A stretch of 64,000 nt of DNA from Sandaracinaceae bacterium (GTDB lineage Bacteria > Myxococcota_A > Polyangia > Polyangiales > Sandaracinaceae). This document shows positions 1 through 9,380 of this stretch, piece by piece (position 1 is the first letter of the stretch; every line of letters begins with the position of its first letter). The stretch spans positions 1 to 64,000 of the forward strand of contig JBGAQA010000022.1 in assembly GCA_044220955.1 (NCBI GenBank). The letters are read 5' to 3'. A program made the position numbers and the translations under genes. The notes below the pieces were generated by a model. The model was not told the DNA's origin, searched no databases, and was given only the letters and a program-made list of their open reading frames with translations.

Positions 1-604
1 GCGCGACGAGCGCCGGCCGAGCGCGGCGGATCTCGCCGCCGGCTTCGAGCTCGTGGCGCGGGACCACGGCGGCACCCCCAGTCCGGAGCAGATCGGCGGG
101 CTGGTGCGTGCGCGGGGCGGACCGGCGCTGGCGGAGCTCGAGGCGCTGCTGCGCGCGCCGCTCGCCCCGAGGACGCCCGTCGCCGAGCCGCACCCCGCAC
201 AGCGAGGCCTGCTCGCGCCGATCGGAGCGGCCGTGCTCGTCTTGGGTCTCGCGCTCGCCGCCTGGGCCTGGACGCGGGTCGCACCGGCGCCGCCGGCAGG
301 GCGGCGCCCGCCGCCGCCGACGCGCAGCGGACCGCCGAGCGCCCTCGAGGCCGCGGCTCCGCCCCGGGAGGCGGTCGACGCACCGCCGATCGGAGCGACA
401 CCGGCGATCGATCGGCCCGCACCGCTCGCGGCGCCCGAGACCCCGCTCCGCCCCCCTCGCGCGCGGCGAGATCGGCCGGAGCAAGCGGCGGCGCCGGGCC
501 CCGACACGGCCCCGACGGCCGAGCCGTCGCCGGCCGCGCCGCCGCCCGCGGCCCCCGGCACGGGGCTGCTCGGGGTCGAGGACTTCGATCGCGGCGCGCC
601 CTGA
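1..604 (+). CDS. C-terminal part of a probable membrane Ser/Thr protein kinase (5' end outside window)
   Basis: Frame from nt 2 reads RDERRPSAADLAAG (kinase subdomain XI-like RPSA), then a TM segment (AAVLVLGLALAAWAW) and a Pro/Ala-rich tail. Stop at 602-604. Confidence 0.6.
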   Translation, partial: RDERRPSAADLAAGFELVARDHGGTPSPEQIGGLVRARGGPALAELEALLRAPLAPRTPVAEPHPAQRGLLAPIGAAVLVLGLALAAWAWTRVAPAPPAGRRPPPPTRSGPPSALEAAAPPREAVDAPPIGATPAIDRPAPLAAPETPLRPPRARRDRPEQAAAPGPDTAPTAEPSPAAPPPAAPGTGLLGVEDFDRGAP

Positions 605-655
605 CGCGTCCCCGATTCGATTTCCGAATTCCGAACGCTCATCTAGGATCCCCGC

Positions 656-1792
656 GTGTCCGTCGCCACGGCGCCCAAGCACGAGGACCCGGTACCGAGG
701 CAGATCGGTCCCTACGAGATCGGCGGTCGCATCGCGTCCGGCGGGATGGCGCACGTGTACGTCGGCCGCAAGGTCGGCGAGCGGGGCCGGCCCGTCGCCG
801 TGAAGCGTCCGATCGCCGAGCTCATCGACGAGGACGGCCTCGCCATGTTCCTCGACGAGGCCCGCATCGCCTTCCACGTCGAGAGCGTCCACGCGCTCGA
901 GATCCTCGACTTCGGTCGTGACCCCGACGCGGCGCCCTACTACGTCATGCCCCTGGTCGTCGGAGCGCCGCTCTCGCGTTTCATGGCGTCGATGCCGATG
1001 AGCCTCGCGATCGAGGTGCTGACGCAGGTCGCGCTCGGCCTGCACGACGCCCACATCGCGAAGGACGAGCGCGGAAACGAGCTCTCGATCGTCCACCGCG
1101 ACGTCACGCCGCACAACGTCCTGCTCGACGTGGACGGGCGCGTGAGGATCGCCGACTTCGGGATCGCGCGCGCCTCCGAGCGACGGGCCAAGACCCACAC
1201 GGGGCAGGTGAAGGGCAAGATCGGCTATCTCTCGCCCGAGCAGGCGACGTCGCGACCTGTCGACCGCCGCTCGGACGTGTTCTCGCTCGGGATCGTCGCC
1301 TGGGAGCTGCTCTCGGGAGAGCGGCTCTTCCGCGCCAAGAACCTGGTCGAGCAGCACTCCCGCCTGCTCGGGATGCCCATTCCCCCGCTGCACAAGGTCA
1401 ACCGCGACGTGCCGCTCGCGATCAGCGAGGTGGTGCGCGACGCGCTCGAGCGCGACGTCGACAAGCGCCTGCCGGACGCGGCCACGTTCGCCGAGCGGCT
1501 CGCGGCAGCGCGCTCCACGCGCGTCGAGCCCTTCGAGATCGGCGCGTTCGTGCGGGAGCACGCGCGCGACGAGGTCGCGCGGCTCAACGAGATCATCGAT
1601 CGCGTCGTGGCGCACGGCGACACGCTGCACACGCTCGTCTTGCCCGCCGCGATCCTCGGCGACACGAGCAGCGCCACGCGCATCACGGGGAGCGACGAGT
1701 CCGACACGGTGGTCACGCCCCCGCGCGCGAGCGCGGCGGCTGCCCCCGCGCGCTCCGGCTGGCTCAGCCGCCTGCTCGGCCTCAAGCGCTGA
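656..1792 (+). CDS. Ser/Thr protein kinase (Hanks type), no TM segment
   Basis: Motifs GGMAHVY, VAVK, VHRDVTPHN, DFG, YLSPE, DVFSLG. Confidence 0.92.
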   Translation: MSVATAPKHEDPVPRQIGPYEIGGRIASGGMAHVYVGRKVGERGRPVAVKRPIAELIDEDGLAMFLDEARIAFHVESVHALEILDFGRDPDAAPYYVMPLVVGAPLSRFMASMPMSLAIEVLTQVALGLHDAHIAKDERGNELSIVHRDVTPHNVLLDVDGRVRIADFGIARASERRAKTHTGQVKGKIGYLSPEQATSRPVDRRSDVFSLGIVAWELLSGERLFRAKNLVEQHSRLLGMPIPPLHKVNRDVPLAISEVVRDALERDVDKRLPDAATFAERLAAARSTRVEPFEIGAFVREHARDEVARLNEIIDRVVAHGDTLHTLVLPAAILGDTSSATRITGSDESDTVVTPPRASAAAAPARSGWLSRLLGLKR

Positions 1793-1870
1793 GGGCGTGG
1801 TGAGTGCTGGCGAGCCGAGACGGAGCAGGGGTGGGCCCCCCCGACCGATTCACCCGCGCCCCGCGGTATC

Positions 1871-4120
1871 TCAGCGCCGCACGACCTCGAAGAGGCTCGC
1901 GCGCTCGTCCGTCCACGCGGGCGCGCCCCGGGGCTCGGGGAGCTCCACGAACCCCACGGCGCGGAGCGGGTCGAGCCCGGCGGGGGTGCGCGCGAGCACG
2001 ATCCAGGTCGGCGCGCCGCTCGATCCGGGGATCCCGGCTTGATCGCTCTGCTCGGCGAGCTGCGCGGCGATCTCGGTCGCGTCCGGGTTCACGACCGCGG
2101 CGAGGTGCTCGCGCTGCGCGATGGCGGAGACCACGCGCGTGAGATCGAGCGTGCGGTTCGAGCAGTGCAGGACGAGCCACCCGTCGGTCCGCAGCGCGCG
2201 GACGTAGAGGGCGACGGCCTCGCGCGTCAGGAGGTGGATGGGCACCGAGTCGGAGTTGAACGCGTCGAGCACCACGAGCGACTGCGAGGCCGGGGGGAGC
2301 GCCGCGACGCCGAGGCGTCCGTCCGCCACGTCGATCGTCACGTCGGCGCCGGCCGCGCGCGCGTTGTGCAGGAAGGTGAAGAAGCGCGGGTCCTCCGCGA
2401 CGTCGACGACGTCCTGGTTGATCTCGTAGAAGCGCCAGCGCTCGCCGGGCGCGGCGTAGCAGGCGAGGGCGCCCGTCCCGAGGCCGACGAGCGCCGCGTC
2501 GCCGCCTCCGAGCGTCTCGCGCCGGGTGGCCAGCACGCGGCCGAGCGGCCCGCTGCGCGTGTAGTACGAGACCGGCTCGCAGCGCTCGCGCTCGGCGATC
2601 GCCTGCGAGCCGTGCAGCGTGCTCCCGTGCAGCAGGTAGCGGTACGCGTGCGCCGGATCCTCGACCACCCGCAGGATCCCGAAGAAGCCCCGGCGTCGAT
2701 CGAGGAGCGTCGCGCCATGGTCCGCGTAGGTCGTGCCCACGAGCACGATGGCGGCGAGCGCGAGCCCGTAGCGCGGGGGACGCATGCTCGTGCCGTACGC
2801 GACCACCGCGAGCGGCCCGAACACCATCAGCACCGCGAAGGGCGAGTCGCCGAGGCCCGCGCGGTCGACCGCGAAGACGAGCGCGAGCCCGAGGGCGAGC
2901 ACGACGGAGGCGGCGCCCAGATCGGTCCAGGCGAGCCGACCGCCCTCGGGGGGAACGTCGTGCCCGCGATCGCGCGGGCCGAGGCCCGGCGCCGTGACGG
3001 CGCAGCCGGCCGCGATGGCGATCGGGTACTCCCAGAGGTCCGGCAAGAGATGGGTCGCGACGACGCTCGTGAGGAAGGTGCCGAGCGCGCCGCCGACGGC
3101 CATCCACACGTAGAACTCGGTGAGGTGATCGGCCGCCGGAGCGCGTCCGGCCAGGCGCCCGTGCGCGACGAGCGCGGCGAGCACGAAGAACCCGAAGTGG
3201 AGCAGCGCCTGGAGCAGGAGCCAGGCGTTCGCGTGCACGAGCGTGAGCACGACGAGCACCACGCCGAGCAGGCGCGCGACCCGCGAGACCCACCACGGCA
3301 TCTCGGTCGCGCGCGATCGGGTCGGGCGGAACGCCACCACGAACGTCGCGAGGTAGGCGGCGAGGGGGAGCACCCAGAGGAGCGGGATCGGCGCGATCTC
3401 CAGCGAGAGGTACGTCGTCACGCTCGAGAGCAGCATCGAGGGCACCAGCGCGAGCACGACCCAGCTCGCTCGGTCGCGCGCGCTCGGCCTGGCGGTGTGG
3501 GCGACGGAGTCGTCCGCGCGCCTCGGACGCGCGGCCGTCAGCGCTCCGCACGCGGCGACGAGCACCACCAGCACGGCGTAGCCGATCCCGAACGCCGCGC
3601 GCTGCGAGGACAGCCCGAAGAGCGGCTCGACGAGGAAGGGGTACGCGAGCAGCGAGCCGAGGCTCCCGGCGTTGCTGGCGGCGTACAGGAAGTAGGGGCG
3701 AGCGCTCGCAGGGTGATCGGTGCGGGCCAGCCAGCTCTGCAGCATCGGCGCCGTGGTCGAGAGCGCGAAGAAGGGCAGGCCCACCGAGCGACCGAGGAAC
3801 GCGAGCGCGAACAGGGTCGGCGACGCGGCGGCCGAGAGCCCGAGGCTCGCCTCGTCCGGCGGCACGGGCGGCAGGAACGCGAGCGGCACCAGCACGAGCC
3901 CGACGTGCAGCGCGATCCGCACGCGCACGCTGCGGACGCGCGAGAGCGCCTCGCCCCAGCCGTAGCCGGCGAGCAGCGCGCACTGGAAGAAGAGCAAGCA
4001 CGCCGTCCACGCCCCGGGCACGCCGCCCAGCACCGGAAGGAGCATGCGGCCCGCGATCGGCTGCACCCCGAACAGCAGAAACGCGCTCGCGAGGACGGTG
4101 ATCGAGTAGAGCGCGAGCAC
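1871..4120 (-). CDS. Fused membrane protein / spermidine synthase-like SAM-dependent transferase
   Basis: Many TM helices starting at LALYSITVLASAFLLFGVQP. C-terminal domain has HGSTLHG, LVGLGTG, FYEIN, DGRL and DAFNSDSVPIHLLTREA. GTG at 4120 preferred over the ORF-track start at 4234. Confidence 0.85.
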   Translation of the reverse strand: MLALYSITVLASAFLLFGVQPIAGRMLLPVLGGVPGAWTACLLFFQCALLAGYGWGEALSRVRSVRVRIALHVGLVLVPLAFLPPVPPDEASLGLSAAASPTLFALAFLGRSVGLPFFALSTTAPMLQSWLARTDHPASARPYFLYAASNAGSLGSLLAYPFLVEPLFGLSSQRAAFGIGYAVLVVLVAACGALTAARPRRADDSVAHTARPSARDRASWVVLALVPSMLLSSVTTYLSLEIAPIPLLWVLPLAAYLATFVVAFRPTRSRATEMPWWVSRVARLLGVVLVVLTLVHANAWLLLQALLHFGFFVLAALVAHGRLAGRAPAADHLTEFYVWMAVGGALGTFLTSVVATHLLPDLWEYPIAIAAGCAVTAPGLGPRDRGHDVPPEGGRLAWTDLGAASVVLALGLALVFAVDRAGLGDSPFAVLMVFGPLAVVAYGTSMRPPRYGLALAAIVLVGTTYADHGATLLDRRRGFFGILRVVEDPAHAYRYLLHGSTLHGSQAIAERERCEPVSYYTRSGPLGRVLATRRETLGGGDAALVGLGTGALACYAAPGERWRFYEINQDVVDVAEDPRFFTFLHNARAAGADVTIDVADGRLGVAALPPASQSLVVLDAFNSDSVPIHLLTREAVALYVRALRTDGWLVLHCSNRTLDLTRVVSAIAQREHLAAVVNPDATEIAAQLAEQSDQAGIPGSSGAPTWIVLARTPAGLDPLRAVGFVELPEPRGAPAWTDERASLFEVVRR

Positions 4121-4311
4121 GCGGACGCGACTGTGCGGCGCACCGGTGTCGGCTGTAAAGCGCCGTCCGGGACGCACCGCGGGCGAAGCCCGTGCCTGGA
4201 GACATCGGCGGCGCGATCGCGCCGCGCAGGTCATTCACCGGTGAGGGGCGCACCGACCTGCTTCACGCGTCGGCGCTCTCCCGTCGTCGCGCAGCGACGA
4301 TGGCCCGGAAA

Positions 4312-6543
4312 TCAGGGCGCGCAGCGCACGCCGACGCTCACGTTGTCGAAGCGTGCCGTGTACGTGCTCGAGCACAGGCCCGTGCAGCCCGTCTGGAAGT
4401 AGGGTCCGCTCGCGCCGAGGCTCTCGCCCGTGTGCGTCGAGTCGGTACCCGTGCCCATGAACGAGTACGTGCCCGTCGCCGGGTCGGCGAAGGTGCTGGA
4501 TCCGTCGGAGCGCGCCTCGAGCGTCCAGAGGTGCCGCGTGGTGTCGTAGGTGACCCGCACGCTGAAGTACGCGGACGCGCTGAAGGACCCGGACTGGGCG
4601 ATGGTGGTGATCGTCCCGTTGCGCAGGCCTCCCTCGAAGCGCACGAGGCGGACGCGCCGGCTGCTGCCGCCCATCACGACGGCATAGCCGGCTCCGGTGG
4701 TGCTCGAGGCGCAGGTCGAGGCGCTCGAGTTGAGCCCGGCCCCGTTCGTCACGCCGAGCACGTACGCCAGCCCCACCGTGATGTCGTTCTGGCTCGACGT
4801 GCTCGTGCACGAGAAGCCTCCGTCGGTGACCTCGGGGTCGTCGCGCTGCATGTTCAGGCTCCAGACGATCGACTGCCCCGTGTTCGCGTCCAGGACGGGC
4901 TGGAAGCGCGTCGTGTCGTAGGGCGAGCCCGATCCGCTCGTGCGCACGTACGCGTAGCCCTGGCCGTGGCCCGGGCTCCCCGAGCGCACGTTGGTGATCT
5001 CGAGCCGGCCGCCGCTGATGCGCACGCCGTGCTGGGCGCTCGTCGTGGCCAGCCAGCGGCTCGTGCCGACCATCGCGTCGACCCCGCTGGTCCAGCTCGC
5101 CGAGGACGGAGTCGCGTAGGCGTCGGAGAACACGGTCGTGAGCGTCGGCGGGCAGGTGGAGCCCATGCACGTCCCGTCGGCGATGCAGACGTCGATCGGC
5201 GTCGCCGGGTTTCCGTCGTCGCACGCGCCGCCGACGTTGCGGGGCGCAGAGACGCACGTGCTCGTCCCGTTGCAGGTGTAGGCGAGGCACGTCGTGTCGG
5301 CCGGGCAGGTGACCGTCGAGCCGCCGGCGCAGGTCCCTCCGGCGTTGCACGTCTCGCCGAACGTGCACGCGTTCCCGTCGCTGCACGAGAGGCCGGTGCG
5401 GGGGCTCGACGTGCAGGTGGAGGTGCCGTTGCAGGCGCGATCGACGCACGTCGTGCTGGTGCACGTGATGGCCGTGCCCGTCCCGCACGTCCCGGCCGCG
5501 GTGCAGACCTCGCCGTAGGTGCACGCGTTCGCGTCGTCGCAGGCCATCCCGGTGCGCGGCGTCATCGTGCAGCTGGCCGTCCCGTTGCAGCTCAGCGTCG
5601 CGCACGCGGTGCTGGTGCAGGTGAGGGCCGTGCCGGTGCAGGCTCCTGCCGAGCAAGCGTCGCCGTAGGTGCACGCATTGCCGTCGTCGCAGAGCGTCGA
5701 GGTGCGCCACGCCCAGGTGCCGCCGCTGGCGCTGCACACGTACGTGCTGCCACCGCACGAGACCTGCTCGCAGAGCACGTGGCTCGACGCGTCGCAGAGG
5801 TGGACGGCCCCGCCCTGGCACGCGCCGGCCGCGCCGGCGGCGCCGCACCCCTGACAGGTCCGCATCACGGCGAGCTGGCTCGCGCCGCACACGTCGGCGC
5901 AGGTGCCGGGGTCCGTGCGGCAGCCGCTCGCGCCGCAGCTACCGAGGCAGCACTCGTTGCCCGCGCCCGGGCTGCAGGCCGTCGGCGCCGCGCCGCGGCA
6001 CGTCCCGGCTCCGTCGCACGCGTCGCTCGAGGTGCACGCCATCCCGTCGTCGCACGCCACGCTCGCGGCGTGCAGCGCGCACGCGCCCGCGCCGTCGCAC
6101 ACCCCGGTGGTCCCGCAGGTGGCCGCCGCCTGCGCGGCGCACTCGTCGTCGGGGTCGCTCCCGCTCGCGAAGCTCGTGCAGGTCCCCTCCGAGCCGGCGA
6201 CGCCGCAGCCACGGCACGCCCCGCCGCATGGCTGATCACAGCAGTAGCCGTCGATGCAGGGGCGGCCCCCGCAGACGGTGCTCGCCGTGGCCGCCGTGCA
6301 CGCGGTGAAGGGCCCGGCGTCGACCGGCGGGCTGAACACGTCGGGGAGCTCGCCCGCGTCGAGGCCCGCATCGACGCTGCTCGCGTCGGGCGCGCCGCCC
6401 GCGTCGCTCCCCCCATCGATCGCCGTGCCCGTGTCTCGCGCGTCGCCGGCATCGAGCCCTCGACGGGTCGAGCCACCGGAGGCGCAGCCGACGGCACACG
6501 CGCCCGAGAGCGCCACGAACAGCAAGGGCGTGCAGACTCGCAT
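4312..6543 (-). CDS. Cys-rich repeat lipoprotein with C-terminal beta-rich (lectin-like?) domain
   Basis: Signal peptide/lipobox MRVCTPLLFVALSGACAVGC, DAG linker, repeated CDDGNACT-x-D/E-x-C motifs, Ser/Thr/aromatic C-terminal domain. Confidence 0.75.
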   Translation of the reverse strand: MRVCTPLLFVALSGACAVGCASGGSTRRGLDAGDARDTGTAIDGGSDAGGAPDASSVDAGLDAGELPDVFSPPVDAGPFTACTAATASTVCGGRPCIDGYCCDQPCGGACRGCGVAGSEGTCTSFASGSDPDDECAAQAAATCGTTGVCDGAGACALHAASVACDDGMACTSSDACDGAGTCRGAAPTACSPGAGNECCLGSCGASGCRTDPGTCADVCGASQLAVMRTCQGCGAAGAAGACQGGAVHLCDASSHVLCEQVSCGGSTYVCSASGGTWAWRTSTLCDDGNACTYGDACSAGACTGTALTCTSTACATLSCNGTASCTMTPRTGMACDDANACTYGEVCTAAGTCGTGTAITCTSTTCVDRACNGTSTCTSSPRTGLSCSDGNACTFGETCNAGGTCAGGSTVTCPADTTCLAYTCNGTSTCVSAPRNVGGACDDGNPATPIDVCIADGTCMGSTCPPTLTTVFSDAYATPSSASWTSGVDAMVGTSRWLATTSAQHGVRISGGRLEITNVRSGSPGHGQGYAYVRTSGSGSPYDTTRFQPVLDANTGQSIVWSLNMQRDDPEVTDGGFSCTSTSSQNDITVGLAYVLGVTNGAGLNSSASTCASSTTGAGYAVVMGGSSRRVRLVRFEGGLRNGTITTIAQSGSFSASAYFSVRVTYDTTRHLWTLEARSDGSSTFADPATGTYSFMGTGTDSTHTGESLGASGPYFQTGCTGLCSSTYTARFDNVSVGVRCAP

Positions 6544-6629
6544 GCGCGGGAGCTTCGCCGATCGGCGCCCGGGTCCCCGCATGGGCCAATGAGGCTCCTC
6601 ACGCGCGGACCGGTGTAGGCTGAGCGTCG

Positions 6630-8345
6630 ATGACCGCCGCATGGCCCGAGCTGCGCGCGCGCTGGTGGGCGGGCTGGCAGCGCTTCTTCCCGGAGGACGC
6701 CACCTGCCTGGGCGCGCCCGGCTGCGCGGACCGGCTGCGGGGCGACGCCGGCCCCGTCGGCGACGACGAGCGCGCGTTCCACGCCTCGATGAGCGCCCAG
6801 CTCGAGCGCTTCTCGCCCGCGACGCTCGACGCCGAGGACCAGCTCGAGCACGAGACGATGGACCGCACGTCGCGCTTCCGCGCCCACGTCCTCGAGGCCG
6901 CCGATCACGACCGTGTCTGCCTCGAGCTCTCCCTTCACCCCTTCGACATGATCGCCCACCACCTCGCGCACGCGCGGGACGCGCGCGACCTCGCCGACGC
7001 GCGGGCTCGCATCGAGCGGGTCCCCGCCGTGCTCGCGGGCCGGGAAGCGGCGCTGGCCGCCGGCACGGCGCGGGGCCGGGTGCCGGACGCCGCGATCGTC
7101 GAGGTCGTCCGCGCGTACGCGCTCCCGGGCGCGGCGCGCGGCTACCGGGAGCTCGGTGCGAGGCTGGCGGCCCGCGGCCTTCCGGTCGATGCGCCCTTCG
7201 CGGACGCCTGCGGGCGCGCCGCTGCCGCGACCGAGGCGCACCGTGTGTTCATCGCGCGCGAGCTCGGCCCTCGGGCGGTGCCCGGCGCCGCGCGCATCGG
7301 CGAGGAAGATCTCCGCGCGCGGCTCGCGCTCACGTACGGCGAGCCGGTCGACGCCCGGGCCCTGCGCGACGAGGCGCACGAGGCGATCGGACTGCTCTCG
7401 GCGCGGCTGGTGGTCTCGGCCGCCCGTGCGGCCCGGGCGCGCGGTCTGCGGGTGAGAGATCTGCGCGAGGCGAGCGCGTACGTCGCCCGGCTCTTCGGGG
7501 AGCACCCTGCGCCCGGGACCGACGTCGCGGCGCTCTACGCCGAGCTGACGCAGCGCGCGGTCGACTTCGCCGCGAGCCACCGCCTCTTCTCCCGGCCACC
7601 CGCCGCGATGGGCTTCGTCCCGATCCCGGCCGGCATGGTCCACGGCGGCGCGATCACGAACTGGCCGGCGCCGCTGCTCGATCGCAGCCGCGTCGGCCAC
7701 ACCGCCATCACGCCCGATCCGCAGGCGCACGCGGTCGCGTTCATGCCCAACCTCGCGATCCACGAGGCCTCGCCTGGCCACTTCTTCCAGAGCGCGGTGT
7801 GGCAGTCGGCGCACGACGCGGCGCGAGAGCCCGTGCGCTTCGTCGCGGTGCACGACGACGTCGCGATGGCGAGCAGCTGGTTCGGCGCGATGCCGGCGAT
7901 CGAGGGGTTCGCGGTACACGCGGAGGAGGTGCTCTTCGCGGCGGGCTTCCACGAGCTGGACGCCGAGGTCGCCTTCCTCGCGAGCGCGCTCATCCGCGCG
8001 GCGCGCACCGAGGTCGATCTCGGCCTGCACCTGCGCGAGCTCGACGTCGAGGCGGCCGCGCACCGACTGGCGGAGGCGACGGGGATGCCCCGCGGCTGGT
8101 GCGAGGTGCAGGTCGCGCGCTTCTTGCGCGTGCCGCTGCAAGCGGGGACGTACGTCGTCGGCGCTCGCGCGCACCGCGCCATGCTCGACGCGGCGCGGGT
8201 GCGCGAGGGCGCGTCGTTCCGCGCCGACGCGTTCCACGACAGGCTCCTCGCCCTCGGTCCCGCGACGCTGACCACGATGGCCCGTCGCCTCGCCGCGAGC
8301 GGTCCGCCGGGGGGGTCGCGCCCGGGGGATTCCCGACCTGTTTGA
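6630..8345 (+). CDS. DUF885-family protein (metallopeptidase-like)
   Basis: Motifs IHEASPGHFFQ, IEGFAVHAE, RAARTEVDLGLH, QAGTYVVG, FHDRLLALG. Confidence 0.8.
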   Translation: MTAAWPELRARWWAGWQRFFPEDATCLGAPGCADRLRGDAGPVGDDERAFHASMSAQLERFSPATLDAEDQLEHETMDRTSRFRAHVLEAADHDRVCLELSLHPFDMIAHHLAHARDARDLADARARIERVPAVLAGREAALAAGTARGRVPDAAIVEVVRAYALPGAARGYRELGARLAARGLPVDAPFADACGRAAAATEAHRVFIARELGPRAVPGAARIGEEDLRARLALTYGEPVDARALRDEAHEAIGLLSARLVVSAARAARARGLRVRDLREASAYVARLFGEHPAPGTDVAALYAELTQRAVDFAASHRLFSRPPAAMGFVPIPAGMVHGGAITNWPAPLLDRSRVGHTAITPDPQAHAVAFMPNLAIHEASPGHFFQSAVWQSAHDAAREPVRFVAVHDDVAMASSWFGAMPAIEGFAVHAEEVLFAAGFHELDAEVAFLASALIRAARTEVDLGLHLRELDVEAAAHRLAEATGMPRGWCEVQVARFLRVPLQAGTYVVGARAHRAMLDAARVREGASFRADAFHDRLLALGPATLTTMARRLAASGPPGGSRPGDSRPV

Positions 8346-8383
8346 TCGTGTTTCCGACCGCCGACGCCAGCTAGGATCTCGGC

Positions 8384-8854
8384 ATGACGTACTGGCCGTT
8401 CTGGCTCGGAGGGCTCGCGCTGGCGGGCGTCGCGCTCGCCCATGCCCTGTGGACGGGGCAGCTCATGAGCGTCTCCAGCCGCTTCTCGGCGATCGTGGAT
8501 CGCGCGCGCGGCGTCGCGCCTGGGCGGCCGGACGCCCTCTCGAGCCACTGGCTCTTCCTGGTCGGGCTCGTGCTCGGCGGGCTCCTCTCGTCGCTCGCCG
8601 CAGGGACGTTCGCGCCCACGCTCTTCGAGGTGAGCCCCGGCTTCGCGCGGGTCTTCGGCGCGAGCCCGGCCGCGACGGCGCTCGTCATGACGGGCGGCGG
8701 CGTGCTCGTCGGTGCCGGCACGCGGATGGCCACCGGCTGCACCTCGGGCCACGGGCTCTGCGGCGTCGCGCGCCTGCAGCCCGGCAGCCTGCTCGCCACC
8801 TGCGCCTTCTTCGGCACCGGCGTCCTCTTCTCTCTCGCGGTGGTGGGCCGATGA
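8384..8854 (+). CDS. YeeE/YedE-family sulfur transport membrane protein (subunit 1)
   Basis: GGVLVGAGTRMATGCTSGHGLCG motif; hydrophobic. Confidence 0.88.
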   Translation: MTYWPFWLGGLALAGVALAHALWTGQLMSVSSRFSAIVDRARGVAPGRPDALSSHWLFLVGLVLGGLLSSLAAGTFAPTLFEVSPGFARVFGASPAATALVMTGGGVLVGAGTRMATGCTSGHGLCGVARLQPGSLLATCAFFGTGVLFSLAVVGR

Positions 8855-9291
8855 GCGTCCCGGGCGGCCTCAAGCTCCTCGTGCTCGGGAGCCTCCTCGG
8901 CTTCTCGCTCTCGCGCATCGGCTTCACGTCGTGGGACGAGGTGAGCGCCATGTTCACGTTCCGTGACCTGCGCATGTTCCTCGCGTTCGCGGTCGGCGTG
9001 GGCCTGCTGACCGGCGCGTTCGCGATCGTGCAGCGCCGCGCACCGCGCCCGTGGCCGGGCCGGCCGATCCACCGCGGCACGCTTCTCGGGGGCGTGATCT
9101 TCGGGCTGGGCTGGGCGATCTCCGGCGCGTGCCCCGGCGTTCTGCTCGCGCAGATCGGCGAGGGGCGCCTGTACGCGCTCTTCGCGCTCGCCGGCGTCGC
9201 GCTCGGGAACTGGGGCTACGGCGCGCTGCTCGAGCGTCGGCTGGGGACGAGCGCGCTCGCGCCGGTCGCCGACGCGTCGCGCGCGTCGTGA
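8851..9291 (+). CDS. YeeE/YedE-family (DUF6691-like) membrane protein (subunit 2)
   Basis: ATG at 8851 overlaps the upstream stop (ATGA). GGVIFGLGWAISGACPG motif. Confidence 0.85.
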   Translation: MSVPGGLKLLVLGSLLGFSLSRIGFTSWDEVSAMFTFRDLRMFLAFAVGVGLLTGAFAIVQRRAPRPWPGRPIHRGTLLGGVIFGLGWAISGACPGVLLAQIGEGRLYALFALAGVALGNWGYGALLERRLGTSALAPVADASRAS

Positions 9292-9380
9292 GCCGCGCGA
9301 CGGGCGGAATGCGTCGCTTCGGCAGCGGTTGACGTAGCTCGCAACGGCAGCGCGCGCGATGCAGTAGGCTGCGCGCTCGT

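Noticed and set aside
9326..9347. Possible FNR/DNR box (TTGACGTAGCTCGCAA) upstream of the aldolase-SDR gene
   Set aside because: The second half-site is a poor match to ATCAA; only an imperfect palindrome.
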